Shown piece after piece: positions 38,466 through 52,979 of a stretch of DNA of 64,000 nucleotides (the first letter of the stretch is position 1; the number at the start of each line of letters is the position of its first letter). Below the pieces are notes generated by a model that saw only the letters and a program-made list of their open reading frames with translations, was not told the origin of the DNA and did no database searches. Origin of the DNA: Gekko japonicus (taxonomy: Eukaryota); the NCBI RefSeq assembly GCF_001447785.1, contig NW_015169192.1, positions 1,009,000-1,072,999 of the forward strand. Reading direction: 5' to 3'. Made by a program: the position numbers and the translations under genes.

Positions 38466-40103
38466 CGACTGGTCCGACAGCAGTTCCTGTGAGCCACAGG
38501 ATTGATTGGAGTCCAATAGAGACTGGAGGCAACTGTCATGTCTGGGTGGTGGAGATCAGAAAAGATGAACCAGAGAGTCACTGTGCAGACTGAGAGTTGT
38601 CTGGGTGTGGTTCTCTTGGGATGCAGAACCTGAGCCAAAGAGGAATCCAGGAACTGTTGGGCCATCTTCTCCTGCCACCACCCAGGACCTTCTAAAAACC
38701 TTTGCTTTAGAAACACATTAGCAACTTCTATTTAGCTGCTAGTCCTTCATTGTGATGGGAGACAGGGCATGTGGAACAGTAAAAATAACTGTGGACGTGG
38801 ACGTTTTAATTAGCATTTTGACAAAACATATGGCAGGAACATAAAGCATCATCTCCTTGTTCCTTTTTAACATACTGACTAAATACTTGGAAACAATTTT
38901 TTTTTGTTTTGTTTGGGATTATGATCTTCCCTTCACTTTGATTTGCTGCCTTACATGAACAGTTCTGTTATTAAAAATTGCTTTTCAAGCCAGGGCTGTA
39001 CGAGCTTAATTACAATGGTGATGATGTGAATGGCAATGATGCCACTGAAATGGATGCATGGAAGAGCATGTTCCTACAAAAACATGCAGGACTCTGAACC
39101 TCTGACTCCCATGGCAGAGATGTGACAGGATGCCAGGATAAGGGATCAAGCAGGCCCCAGGGGCTTCCGATCTGGCTTCCAGCACAGCCTTTGCTGCCAA
39201 GGACTCACCCTGGCTCCAGAATGCATCTCAGTTGGTTTCCACTCCATTGCCCGCTAACTCAAGAGCAAACTAGATATGATGACACCCCTGGGTTGAATCC
39301 AGAGACATTTAATGCCTAATAGGTGAGATTTTTTAAAAATCCACAAGGGCTAGATCCTGATCAGACCCACAGCACAGCAGGGACGGGTGCCCTTGTCCCC
39401 CTCCCCTTCTCTCTTCAGGTGTCAAAACAGCAGTGGAGGAGGGTGCACTGTTAGGTACTAAAATGGCATCCTCCCCAAGTTCAGCCCAAGAACACCATCA
39501 CATCTAGTTGTGCCCTGACTCTCAGGTGAGCACAAACAGCAACAAAGGGCTCTTTAACCCCTGTCTCCCCAGTATGAATGGCAATGGAACTTCTGTTAGG
39601 GCTTTCCCCAAAGGGGCCTTATCTGCTTACCGCAATACGCAGGCCAATGGGACCCTCTCCACAGCCAATTGGATGTTATGTTATTGACTTCATTTATACC
39701 CCCATCTTTTTAGGTTGAGTGTGTGTGTGTGTGACTCACCCACGCCAGCAAGCTTCCACGGCTGAGTGGGAACTCCAAACCTGGGCCTCCTAGATCTTCG
39801 TCCTACACTTTAATCACTTTATCACAATGGCTCACACTGGCATTGTGGGGCGGGTGGTGGTGGTGGTAGACTAAGTTATCAATCAAGAGCCAAATATTGC
39901 CATCATCAGGGAAGTTCTCCTGCACAGCCCCCATTGAAATGAAAAGGAAGCCACATTTGTTTTGACAAGGCACATGCAGGAGGAGACCTTCCTGGCACGC
40001 TGAGCCCATGTCACAAGAGCAGAGGGGGCCTCTTCCAACAGTCTCTTTTTAGGTGTATCTGTAAAATATTGTTTTGACGTTCACTATGATCACCAGTCAC
40101 CTT

Positions 40104-40295
40104 GGCCTAGATAGCCCAGGCGAGCCCGATCTCCTCAGATCTTGGAAGCTAAGCAGGGTCAGCCCTGGCTGGTATTTGGATGGGAGACCTCCAAGGAATA
40201 CCAGGATCATGATGCAGAGGCAGGGAATGGCAAACCATTTCTGAACATCTCTTGCCTTGAAAATCCAATGAGGACACTGTCACGGTGGTGGTGGG
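40104..40295 (+). mobile_element. 5S rRNA-headed SINE (5S-Sauria-like)
   Basis: gcccgatctcctcagatcttggaagctaagcagggtcagccctggctggtatttggatgggagacc, followed by a BovB-like tail. Confidence 0.8.
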
Positions 40296-42627
40296 GATTA
40301 CCACCACTCAGTAGGGTTTCACGGTGGTTAAAAGAAGTGGAAGCATTTAGTGCAATGCAAGGGGTGTCAACAGTATATAATGCCATGAAGATGGCATCAT
40401 AAAAAACGTAAAAGGTTTTAAACCAGCAGTCCAATAACAAACAAGAATATGAACATGCAGTGCAAAATTTACAACAGCCTGAAAGGGGGGGGGGATGTCT
40501 AAGCGTGTAAATGTGAAAATATGCATGTAAAAAAATGCAAAATCTGAATGTGATAAGCCTGCATGTAGACCTAGACACCCTAAAGGCAAGCAAACCAGTG
40601 GACTTAATGTACCTCCTTGCAGAAAGGATACACTTGATGTGTCTGTCCTGTGTAACGTGTGAAAGAGTCGTGAGTCACTTAATAATCAGCTTGGTGGGAA
40701 AGTTTGCTTTCCAGCTTTCAAAATACCAAAGGCATATAAAGGTATGCACTTCCCTCACTCTGGTTTTATTACTTTTTTGTCACCTGTCTGTACGGGGCTT
40801 ATGAAAAAAGCAGAAAGATTTATCTGAACTGCGGTGACACATTTGGGAATCTTCCCCTGCTCTCCCTTCCCCGCCATGTGCTCTGCATCTCTTCTTGCTG
40901 CTCACCCTTTAATTCATGCCTCGGTTGCAATAACATCAGTGTTCGGCACTACCTGTGATGCCTGTTAAGAAAAACCTCAAAGAACACTACAGCTAATAAT
41001 TTCAGGGGGGGGCCCCCACAAAAGTGAGCAAAGAGGGAAAAGACAAGCGGCAGGTGGTGGTGCTTGTGGCAGCACACTTGGAAAGGTCTGCACCTGCTGC
41101 TTGTGCGCAAACTCAGAGGGCCCCTGGGTAGAACTCAGAATCCCAATTAGGGAGAAGCTGAAATTGGATACGGGTGTGGGGGTTTTGGGGGAGGCTTCCT
41201 TACATTGTCATCGGCTTCAACTTGCCTCCGTTTTGTTCCTGGAATTCATTATTCCTTTAGAGTAATTTAATACCATTTATACATGCTCACTGCACATTCA
41301 CTGGAAATGTGTACATTTTAATGGGGGGGGGGGAATGCAACAGAAGGAAATGCCACAGAAGTCACTGTGCTGTGATTCTCTCGGGTTTGTTTCTCAAAAG
41401 AAAGACGCACGACTGAGATGGGGTTCTTTGAATCCAACCAGAAAGCTTATGAAATTCAAATCACACCCCTAATCAAAATGCTTCTGTAGTGTCAGGTATC
41501 CCCCCCAAAAAATGGGACACAACCGGGGGCACCTTAGGCAGAAACATCCATGCAACAAACAAACCCAAGACTCATTCTTGAAACCAGATATGTTTGCAAT
41601 AAGCAATGGCCCCAGACTGACCTGGGGCCATATTTGTGGCCACGGGAAGGATTTTCCTTCTTGCTTCATGATGGCTGTGGGGAGCTGTGGTGATTGGCCC
41701 TGGTGGGGGGTATGGGCAGCCCACTGGGCCTGTTGGGTGGGCAAGGCTTTCAGGAGGACCTGGAAACCAGTTTTCACCCTGGTCTGCCCCTTCCTGTATT
41801 TAATGGGCTGCCAGTGGGGCCAGCATCATCAGTTGGCTACTGATGCCTTACTCACTCTCCCTCAGTTTCATGGTTATGGTGTAATCAAGTTTTGTTGCAT
41901 GCTCTTGGATCCAGTTGGTGGTGGAGGGGAGGCTGAGCCTGCATGCTTGCTTCCTGTGGTTTGGAGATCCTCATAAGAGGTCTTGGGGGTGGGGGTGATA
42001 TTCCCAGTCCAGGGGCTGCCACCTTGTTCTAACCCTCAGGTGGCAAGGGAACCATGCAGTGGCTTGTGCCCATGTGGGACCCCTGGAATTGCCATCTCAC
42101 ACTGCTCTCCCAGTAGGTGGGCTAGGGGGATGCTTGGTGCCATCATCCAACAGGCAGATTGCCTGATGCTAGGATATGTGCCTTATGCTGTGCCAGCGCT
42201 CCTGCAAACCGCATTCGATAAAAGCTGTGCCTGGTTTTCCCCAGTCAAGTCATCATCTGATTTATTCTCCTCTTCAGCCTTGCTCCCTCCCTTGCTGTTA
42301 GGATCACAAGTAGGTCTCAAAAATTCTGGTGCCAAGCACAGTACAGACTTAGATTGTCAGACAGGAATGGCAGCCAGGGAGGGAAGTCAACCAGATGCAC
42401 ATAATTATCTTCATGCTATGGGGCAAGCGGCATAAGATGGGAGGGAATTAAGCACAAGGAGGCAAAGGATCCTTAGATCTTCTTGCCCTCTTCTGCTCAT
42501 GGGGCCCAATTTTTTCTTTCAACAGTCAGACACCAAGGCAGGCAAATCATTTTTCTGACGTTTGTACAGGCCGAGATCCCATGCTCTCTGAAAGATAGCA
42601 CAAAAGCACAGGGGGAAGGCTGGAGCC

Positions 42628-42831
42628 TTCAGTCTGCCCCCACCCAGCTCATTTCCTTTCTCTCCTATCCATACAGCTACCCACCTGAATCCATGTATGG
42701 ATATTATTTATATCCCTTGGATTAAAACCTGAGGGTTCTACTGTCGAGGGAGGGGCAGGAGAGGTGGAGTGTGGCCAGAGCAGGTGGCAGGAAGGAGAGA
42801 AGGGAAATGAGCTGGGTGGGGGCAGACTGAA
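42628..42831. repeat. 39-bp inverted repeat (38/39) with a 126-nt spacer
   Basis: 42628-42666 vs 42793-42831. Confidence 0.9.
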
Positions 42832-45800
42832 CAAAGTTTGGGTCCAGGGCCACCTTTAAAACCAACAAATACAAATAAATAAAACTCTGTTGGACTTAAA
42901 GGTGTCACTGGACTCCAACATCTTCCAGGCATGGATGGCACTTGGAGAGCAGGTGTGGACACATGGGAAAGGGCACATAGAGGCACTGCACTCGCACCTT
43001 GAATGTTCCCCCTATGACCATGAAAACTAGCAGTATTTTCATTTCTTTAAAAGTAAAAAGCTAAGATATCCAGGATCAAAGGAGCTACCATTTTTCTGAA
43101 CATTTGCACTTCAGACCGTGGCATGCAGAAACCCTGCTGATATGCCCATGAGCCTTTCTTAATTCCATCCTTCCCCTCTCCTCTCCTCTCTAGCGGAGGC
43201 AGGGACGGGACTTCAGAGTGCAAGCTTAATGATGATGGTGGAGAGCCAGCCCAACCCGTCACCACACAGCCTTTGCAAATAACATCATTGGCCCAAAACG
43301 GGTCTTGGGGGGGCCTTTTCGAAGTTTGCACAGAGGCAAGGGCAGCCGTCTCTGATTCACAGGCTGGCCTGCCTCCTCCTCCAAGGCCACTTCCGTGCCA
43401 CTCGCTCTTGAAGTAGCAGCTGTTTCTGCTCCGCACTTATCTCCCCCATTCACTCTTTACCAGCCTGGGCCAGCTCTGCCACTGAAGTGGGTGCCAGATC
43501 ATCCCTTTGTGCAATAAGCTGTTGGGCACAGCTGCTAAGGTCCCTCTCCAGGCCAGGAGACATGACCAGTGTGGTGGCAAAAAGAAGCCAGGGAGGCCAC
43601 CTATCAACAGCTGGGCCACCAGCCTCAAGTCCCTGGTGGATGCTTCCTTTGCACACACAAAAAGGGGGGGGGAGGCAACCGAGGAAGCATGTAGAAGCAA
43701 GCAGCCACAACAAGGATTCCTTGGATGCCTCGGAGAACTGCCATGTCTCACCTTCCCTGGAGAGTAATGAGAGGACAGATGGGAAACTCTGTAGGGATGA
43801 TATAAATTACCACAGTGGAAAAGCGTTCAGAGCCAAAACACAGCTATTTAAATTAATGATCTCCTCCTAGGCTGGGGCGGGCAGGAAACCACTGGGGACC
43901 AACACTTCACAACCCATGAGCAGGGAACCTGGGGAGAACAGAGTTGCTTCCCCAGCCCTTAGCAGGGTTCATTTCCTTAAGGTCCGTGCCTGGGAGGGGC
44001 ACCAGACATCACACAGATGTGTGAATCACCCGAAAGAGTCAGAATATCAGTCTGTCTAGCCCAGTGCTGGCCCCACTATAGGTGGCTCTCCAAGCTCGCA
44101 GACCGATGAGGTTTCCCCCCACAACTTGAAATCCTTTTCACTGGAAATTCCAGAGACTCAGTCTGGGATGTTGTGCCTGAAAACACACACATACACACAT
44201 GTACCCCATCACTGAGCTACAGCTCTTCCCCTAAAACATTTCAAGTTTGCCGCCCCCCCCCCCCCCCCGGTCAGAGCTACTGTGGGATTCAAACCTACAA
44301 CATCATGGCTGCAAATCTTGCAAGCATGAGTGACCTAAATCACTGAATCAGGCTCCTGTTGGCCTCAGGATGAGTAAGGGTGGGATTGGAACTCATAGTC
44401 CAGTGGGCAGAATATTACAGATATTACCAAGACTAAACTAAGGCACAAAATTATCAGGTAATCCAATGCATTTCTCCTACAGCTCCCCCCCCCCCAAGGG
44501 GCTGGTAATTTTAACTGGACATGGCCATTGTTCCTGAAAGTTGATTCTGCTGCCAGGTGGGTGTTAAGGGAATGAATACAAGATTGACTAAGGCTGCTTC
44601 TACAAGAACATAATAACATAAGAAGAGCCCTGCTGGATCAGACCAATGGTCCACTAAAGTGCTGATCTACCAATGATTGCACTGGGCCCTCTTGCAGCCC
44701 GGCAACGGCCCCTTTCTTCCTTCACAACTGAGATGCAGATAAAGGGACACACGCAACTCAGCTGTGAAGTGAAAATTTTAAAAGCTCATTAAAGGGCTGG
44801 AAAGTGGGGGATGCAGAGCTCACCATTTTGAAGGTGGAACTCAGCTCTGTCCACTTCCTAGGTTGGCTGTGAGTGGAGAGTCCACATGGATGCTCAAGAC
44901 CACCCCACATTTCTTCCTTTGAGTTGGAGCAGATGAAGTTGTTCTTTGCTCTGGCCCAAAGGAGAAAGTCCTTGGGGACCCATGAGGTGAGCTCAGAAAG
45001 AGCATGGTGTTGTGTGGAAGTCCCCCCCCCCCAATGGGGGCATGCTGTATTCCACATGGGGAAAATTCCCGTATGGACCAATCCCACTGTAGAAGCAGCC
45101 TCAGTTAAATCAGGGCAATTTAAAATCAAGATGAGTGGCTGGTTTAAAATAATTCAAACTCCATTTTTTAAAATCCCCAGTTACCTAACATTACCTAATG
45201 CTACCTCAACAAACATGCATTCTGATTAGTTTTTATAAGAATTAAAACATATTTGTTTGTAACTGCTCAGCTGTGAGGTTACCCCAAAACTCCAAAATGT
45301 CTGGTCAGGAACCCCACATACTTCTTGCTATAATGAATGTATATCTACTTTATAGGCGTTAGATTCAGATATCATGTAAAGCCAGGTTGTTAAGTGGCAG
45401 TTAATACAAATTTGCATTCTGATTTTTCAGGGTTTTTTTCCACCACTGGTTTTTATTCACCTTGAAGGAACAATTATGTTGAATGTTAATACTGCTGGGT
45501 AGCAGACCAGCATCCTAGTTCACGGAGAACACACCTAATCACATGAAGCACTGCAGAATTACACAAATGCCAGAATACCAAGGGTGAATTTCCCTGCCTC
45601 AATCAAATTAACACGTGGTCTCTTTCACATTGAAGGCTACGCTGAAGCCATTTGTGTAAGTGCATAAATAGTCCAAGTACAGTTCAAAGGTGTCCGAGTG
45701 CCTCTTTGCACACTATGTTTACCCAAAATGTTTTGAACATACCCGTATAATGTCACATGGGAACGTAATAAATGCATATGTGTCATACAGGCTTCCTTCA

Positions 45801-48499
45801 GAAAGTCCAGTTGGGTTGACATCCTGCATTTGACCTGTGAAATATGTGAAGATGGAATGAATTTGTCCTGATAGACCCATAAGGTTCCTTGCTCAAAGCA
45901 TAAATTCTGGATATGGCCAGAGGCTCTTTAGTAAGGAGGAAAGGAGTTGAAGGAACATATTTGCCAGCTGTTTATCATCTTTGCTAAAGTCTGGGCACGG
46001 CCAGGGACATAAGCTCCTGGATATGAACCAAGGGCTCTTGGGCGTTTGGCGCTTAATATGGTTGTTGGCTTGATGTGTCTATATACGTAGCATTGGGGGG
46101 GGGACTACTTTGGGTCCCTGCAGGGACAAAGCAGGGTATAAATACTTAAGTAAATAAAACAAGACAATAAAATGAGGCTCCAGACTGTAGTTCAATCCCA
46201 GAATTCTTTCCTTCAGTTCACAGTGAAGTTAGAGATTTCAAATATGATTCCAGCAAGTGCAAACCAAGAGTTAATTCTTCATCGGCTCACTACCCAACTT
46301 GCCATCTATTAATTAACACACTTATTTAATTAGCCCTTTAGGAATTAAATCCTACAGAAAACATTCTAGGCTGTCAAACGTAAGTTGTCCATTAGTGCAA
46401 GACATTTGAAAAAAAGAAAGAAGGTTAACTGATAAACGTTGCAGAGAGCAGCAATTTAATTGGCAAGGGCTGGAGTTGTGCCACTTATTATCAGTTGCTT
46501 TGTAATGGGCTCGTGGCACAATTGGACTATTTTAGCATATTAAGAAAAGCAGGGCAAGCCTTTGGAGGGGAACCAAGCAACCAAGCAATGCACAGTGCAA
46601 AAAAATGCTTAATTGGGTTCATTAGAGTGAAGCGAAGGAAACTGGGTTTCCTCAGCAAAGCATTTTATCTCTGGGCATGGGGTGGAAGTTCCCTTGAACA
46701 ACAGCTTTCAAGCAGGGAAGTGAGACTCTCTCCATAGAGGAACAAAGAACCAGAAGATGAGCCGAAGATGGCAGGACTCCGTTGACCATTCTATTAAAAG
46801 TTGTGTGATTCTTTATAACTTAAGGAAGAGCTGTGGCTCAGTGGCAGAGTTTCTGGTTTGCATGCAAAAGGCCCCAGGTTCAATCCTTGGCATTTCCAGT
46901 TAAGGCAGAAGGTACTCGAAAGGACCTCCTACTCAATCACCTGGTGAGCAGCAGTCTCATTGCTGGCTCTTTTGTGCATACGGATATGGTGCTCTGCATC
47001 CTCCAGGCATATCTTCTTCCAGCAATCTGTACTTGTTTCACGACAGATCATTCAACAAAGGGAGTGTCATTTCTATACCTGATCTCAGTTCTAATCCCAT
47101 ATTATTCATAGCCACATTTTCTGTGATTTCCCTTATGTAGTCTGGAAACATCCTGGGATGTTCCTCACCCCAGACATTGTCCTTCAGCTGTTCCTCCACT
47201 ACAAGAGGGTTAATTAAAAAATGTTATGCTCACAGCACGGTAGGTCATTTTGAAAGATCCATAATTAAACTTCAACAAAGAGCTCCCGGGCATTTTAAAG
47301 GAGAAGTTTAAGTCGATTCATGACCTGTCATTTAACCAATTTAAGTCTGAAAAATAGGCACATTACCAAAAGCCCAATGTAGGTGTAATTCTGGAGCTTA
47401 GCACAAGGGTGACTGAGTGAACATACAGAGGATATACTTGTTAGGGGAAACACTGCAGTGGCAAGCTCCATCCTACATATGTTTAGCCTCCTGCAGGCAC
47501 AATTGGAACTGGAGGAAAGAGCAGAGAGACAGGCTGATGTTGGTGCAGAAAGCATTGCCTATGCAGACCCAGGCCACAGCCCGGTTTGTCTGTATTATTT
47601 TATTTGACCCAGAATGGCATCCCAGAGGCAAAATCCATCCTGTTTGCAAGGACTTTAAAATGTCAGGACACAAATAGCAAGATGTTAAGTTCATCTTGAA
47701 TCAGATGCTGTTTAGATCCTTGTGGAGTGGCAGTGGAGGTGGTTTGGGAAAGCGAGGGCACAGCACGATCATTCTCCCTCTCCGCCCCCTGGCTCAGCTT
47801 CCAAGCGTTCCTCCTTCAAAGCCCAGACAGAGGGGGTGCATGTCCTGCCTTTGGAGGCTTCAGCAGAAACCTTTCATTTCCTTCGGATTGTGAACATTTG
47901 TTCCAGCGGTTCCAGACAGAAATATCACAGCTCTCTCCCTTCAAAAGCCCGTAGAGCAAAGGTTCGGTTTAGGCATGAAGATTTCGTCTAGTTTTTGTAG
48001 CCTGACTCAGAGACACACAAAAAGGTGTATCATGCACGAAGGGACGTGAAAAATGTCTATTTAGGGGGAACCTTTTTACAATGGGGGGAAAAAAATACAA
48101 TTTCCAAAGGGTCAGAAACAGCCCCACTAACCCTGGACTCACAAGCATGTTTGCAGGGGCCAGGTAGCCTTTTTCTGTCTGACCACCATGCCGCACACTC
48201 CAAGTGTCCCTATTACCACGGTCAGACCTGGCTGTCTGGTGCCTTCCTTTCTTCAGTCACAGTCTCCGTTTATCCCTTTGGCAGACGCCTTCTTTTAAAA
48301 ATGTTAAACAAATTGCTCCGATTGCCATTTCTCAGGGCTCAGCTCCCTCCCAGGGGATCTCTAAAAGTTCAGTCTCCCAGCAGGTGGGTGGACGCATCTC
48401 ATCTCTGGCACGGATCCATGCCTAAGCATGAGCACCACTGCACCGCCTGCCACTTCATACACTACACTGATCACCATTCCTTATGACTCTGTATTTATT

Positions 48500-49660
48500 T
48501 GGATCACACTGTCAATGCGCATGAGGCGTTCCAGAGAACCCAAAGATGTCCCTGCCCTGAGGAGAGGCCAATGATCTAAAACTTAGCAAAGGGAGTGGAG
48601 GAAGATGGAGATAAAGAAGGGAAGAAGTGGTGTTCATTCCCGTTAAATGCGCTTAGGGCTGTGGCTTTCAGGAAAGGTGGGATTTGCAGGGGGGGAGAGG
48701 TTCGGCATCAGGCAGGTGTTCTGGGAGGCACTGCTAGGCAGGAGGGAGAAAGGGCTGAGTTATTTGAGGAAGCAGAAGAGCTTGGGACAGTCGAGCGTTT
48801 GGAGCTGGTGGAGTGAAACTGTGGAAGAGATGTCCCAGGACCAAGGCCACGGGTGCTTTGAAAGTGGATGAAGACGTTATACGTGATCCAGAGCCCCCAA
48901 GAAGCCAGTTAGGGGGTGAAGAAAAGGCCATCACATGGTCAGAATGACAAGGGAGGTGAATGATTTGGGGGACAGAATGCTGGGCAGAGGGGAGGGGGAT
49001 TTGAACGGGGCTGGACTGGCAGGAAACAGCCCTGGAAGACAGACATGGCCTGTCCCACCTTGGCTCTGCTCCCCCTGCCAGGAAGGTGGGTGGGAGGGCC
49101 TGCCCTGTCAGCCCCAAGCAGGAGGTGCCTGGCCAAGTGGAGCAGCAAGGCAGGATGAAGCAGAGTGGGATTGTCTTTGGCCGGGTGAAGTGAGGCCTGG
49201 CGGGCTCCTCCTACCCCTCACCACAGCTGGGTGGGCGCATCACTCACCACGGCAAGTCCTCCTTTCCCATGCCTCCAGCTCATACCCACCCCTCTCTTTG
49301 GGCTGGGGTGGCCCTGGCAGGGTGAGGGTGGGTCCCAGGCCCACCAAGACTCTTCCCAGTGGCATTAATGGCCAATGTGTCCCCGAGATTAAATTGGGAT
49401 GGCAGGAGACCAGAGAGGCGGAGTTTGCAGTAAGTCAGGGGAGAGATGGCTAGAGCATGAACCAGGGTCTGCACTGAGGGGTAGAGAGGAGGGTCCCTAT
49501 GGTTGTCTGGCTGTAAAGGAAGAAGTGATGCAACTTGGCAGCAGACTAACCATAGGTTGCAAGAGACAGAAGAATTCAAGGGATATTCAGAACTCGTGCT
49601 TTTTCCGCAGGGTAGATAGTGACATTGGGGCAATGGACAAATCCCTTTAAAAACTCCCAC
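48500..49660 (-). mobile_element. Degenerate L2 LINE 3' region
   Basis: QTLVHALAISPLTYC resembles L2 TLVHALVISRLDYCN. SDH...WL..and FKA-like motifs lie downstream. Confidence 0.55.
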
Positions 49661-50072
49661 TTTGTTTTGCCGCGCTTAGAGATAAAAGGTGCCCAGCCTT
49701 CATTCATCCTAGAGCATGAAAATACAACAACGGCCAGCTGTGCACGTTTGGGTATGAAATACTTTTGGATCAAAGCAGATGTTAATGCCCAGGTGAATGC
49801 TGCCTGCAGTGCAATCAGAGTCATTCAGATTTAAAATGGAAGTCAGAGATGGACCTTGGTCTGAGATGCCATTTTGCCTCTAGACATGTGAAAATGCACT
49901 TAAGAATATACAACACTCTCAGAGTGCAATCCTATACAGAAGTACTCTAATCTAAGCCCATTGATTTCAGTGGACTGGAGTAACTCTGCCTAGGCTAGCA
50001 TTGTCAGAAATGACAGCCAGCTTCAAAATACCTGCAGTTAGGAGGAGGAGATTTTTAGGCAAAAGTTGGTAC

Positions 50073-50870
50073 TAGGGATGGGCATGAACCAGGGAAATGG
50101 GGTTCAGTTCATGGCATGCCCAATTCGCAAACCATGAACCGTTACAAATTTTTAGGGGCCAAACAAACCGGTTCAGTTCATGACACAGTAGAACAGCCTC
50201 CTTGGCATGCTAGAGATACCAAAACCACAGGGGATCTCTAGTTGACTCTTCTCTATCTGCCCTCCATGTTTTTTGAGGATTGGATTTATGGGGTCTGAGT
50301 TATGGCCTCCCAAAACATGCCCCCAGAAAAGTGTTTTCTGGATAAATGACTGTCATTGTCCCAGAAAGCAGTTTCTGGGGGCACCTTCTTCTCTGGGGGG
50401 CTGTAACTCAGACCCTGTAAATCCGATTTCCCCCCCCCCAAACTTGGAGGGCAGGTAGAGGAGAGTCAGCCAGAAAGCCTCTGTGAGTTTGGTGTCTCTA
50501 GCTTGCACAGAATCTGTTCTATACACTCCTGAACCGCCTGAACCTGTCCCTGTTCAGGACTTCAGGAGTGTGTAGAATGGATCCTGTGCAAGGTAGAGAC
50601 ATCAAAGTCACAGAGGACCTCCCCCGAATGCTCCTCTACATGTCCTCCAAGTTCTGTCCCCCTGATGCTTTGAAGTTTTGTTACCTTTTAGGCTGAGTGG
50701 AGACAATCTGTCTGGAGACAGTCCATTTGGAAATGTATCTGTTCACAAACCCACAGGAACCTCCACAGACAGCTCAAAAGTTTGTGGAAAGTTCATGCTA
50801 GTTGACCTGCTATGAACTTCACAGATCTGTAATGAACCTTAGTTCATGAGGCAGTTTGTGCCCATCCCCA
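50073..50870. mobile_element. ~800-bp non-autonomous hAT element
   Basis: TIRs TAGGGATGGGCA / TGCCCATCCCCA, perfect 8-bp TSD GTTGGTAC (50065-50072, 50871-50878). Confidence 0.85.
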
Positions 50871-51828
50871 GTTGGTACTCTCATTTCCCCAGTTGGTTGC
50901 TCTCATTTTATGTAGTGAGGAGCTGCCTGTTGATCAGTGGTACTCACACTCTGTGACTTGCAGGGAGCTACACCTGCAACTCCTACCAACCAAAAGAACC
51001 ACATGATTACTGTGAGCTCTGCAGTGCAAATTGTACCAAAAGACTGTATGGCAAATCACAGATGCACAGACGTGTGTGCTAACAGGGGAAAATAACAGCA
51101 GGAACTGATAGTAAGCTCTTCAAAAGTCTTTGAGCCTGGGTCAATGTCTGACCCACGTGGATGTCAGACATGTGCAATGGATGACTGTGCTTCCAAAAGG
51201 AAAGAACAACATTTGTGAAGGTGTATCCTGGGGGGAAAAGGTCACAGTGGAAGGGGGTATAACTAATTTGTCATGTAGCTCATACTTTTGGAGCAACTGG
51301 CTTTTGTAATAGCTGCGTAGGCCGGAGGTTTCTGCATTCCTTTACAAAACGGCATTATTGGGAGCTGTGGAAGGCTGGCAAGAACTCCCTGGGTAGAAGT
51401 GTGGGCTGAAACACAAGCTGGAATCCACAGAGCCATGTTGGGTACACCCCAATGACTTGCCTGTGATTTTTAAAAGCCTAGGACATATCAAAAAGGGGAT
51501 CTGAATGTCAAAACATTCTGTTTTGCATGGGGGTCTGTGGACAGGGATGCACAAATTCAGAGTTCTGTTGGCTGCACAGGAACTAATTTTGGATCTTGAC
51601 CCAAAGGACACAAGAGGGCACTGTGATCAGTGTCTGGTGGTGGAGGGAGAGTAGTGGAAAAATAATTGAAGGCATTTTGGCAGAGAGGGAGACAGAATTC
51701 AGCAATGAGGCTAAGGAATACTAAAATTCATGGTAAGAAAAGACCCGGTTCTCTAGTCTAGCCAACATCTGCAACAACTCAGGCCAATGAGAAGCTATCC
51801 TTAGGCAGAGACCACACATACTTTAGCT

Positions 51829-52193
51829 CAGAGGTGTCAAACTCATTTGTTACGAGGGCCAGATCTGATGTAAATGTCCCTTTGTTGGGCCGAGCCATGT
51901 GTGCCATAAAACATAATGCCAGGTACCAGTGATAGAAACTGTATAAAGGACAGCAGCTGGTAAGCTCCAAGTTGGTGTATCCTCTGCAAGGCACCATGAA
52001 CTAGGAGGGGGCAGCAGTGCAGCACTGGGAAGATGTCCCCACAATGCTTGACTGCTGCAGATGAGGCTGTTCTGCCATGCTGAAGCCACAATAGAGTGGC
52101 TCCACCTACTCCCTCCAGCACTCCCTCCCTTGCACCAGTTGCTCGCGGGCCGCATAAGAACCCTGGATGGGCCAGTTCTGGCCCCCGGGCCTT
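51829..52193 (+). mobile_element. hAT-Charlie-like non-autonomous element
   Basis: Starts CAGAGGTGTCAAACTC, with gggcc/ggccc subterminal repeats. A second copy starts at 63952. Confidence 0.6.
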
Positions 52194-52628
52194 AGCTGGA
52201 ACTGGACTGTTGGTTCTCATCTTGCCCAGCATTGCACCCAACTTATAGGAGCTCTCCAAGGTGGCAGTTCTTCAAGATCTCAAGCAGATAACTTCCTCAA
52301 CTCAAGCTCTCAAGACTCAACCTGAGGCCTTCTGTGTGCTCTACAGCCCCACCCTTTGGACAGCATCCCTCCTTCAGGATCCCACCGCCAAGACCACAGC
52401 AGCCTCCTGCTTTGCTGCAATTCTAAAGGCAGCAAGAGGGCAGCCTCGAACAGTGGAAAAGCCAGAAGGCAAAAAGCCAAAGCACAAGAGAGCTACTAAA
52501 GGTTTATAAAAAGCCCTCCAAGTTTTGTGAATGCTAAAAATATTTTCCATCTCTCTCAAAATTCTGTGATGCACAAAATATCCATTACCTTGACACATGC
52601 AGACCTGTTCATACCCCACTTCACGCTG

Positions 52629-52631
<3 letters not shown>

Positions 52632-52672
<41 letters not shown>
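52632..52672. repeat. (TC)n(CA)n compound microsatellite
   Basis: Directly visible. Confidence 0.95.
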
Positions 52673-52979
52673 GAGGGGCATGATTTATATGTATGATCTT
52701 GGTATGTGCATGTATGTTTGTATGCATGAGAGTACAGTTGCTATGGCCTGCATTTTCACCTTTTATTTTGCCCCTCTTCTCACAGCAAAATGTTATTTCT
52801 TGTCCCAGAGGCACAGAAACCAGCACTCAGTTCAAAAGACTAAATCTGCTTTGTATGACAAAACCAGAGTAGGAGTAAAGAAAACACACACAATTGCTGT
52901 TCAGTTCCTTCCATTGTTGGTAACTGTTGCCGCCTCCCACTTGAGCAGCACAAAACTGAACAAGGCAAACTGAACTTAC

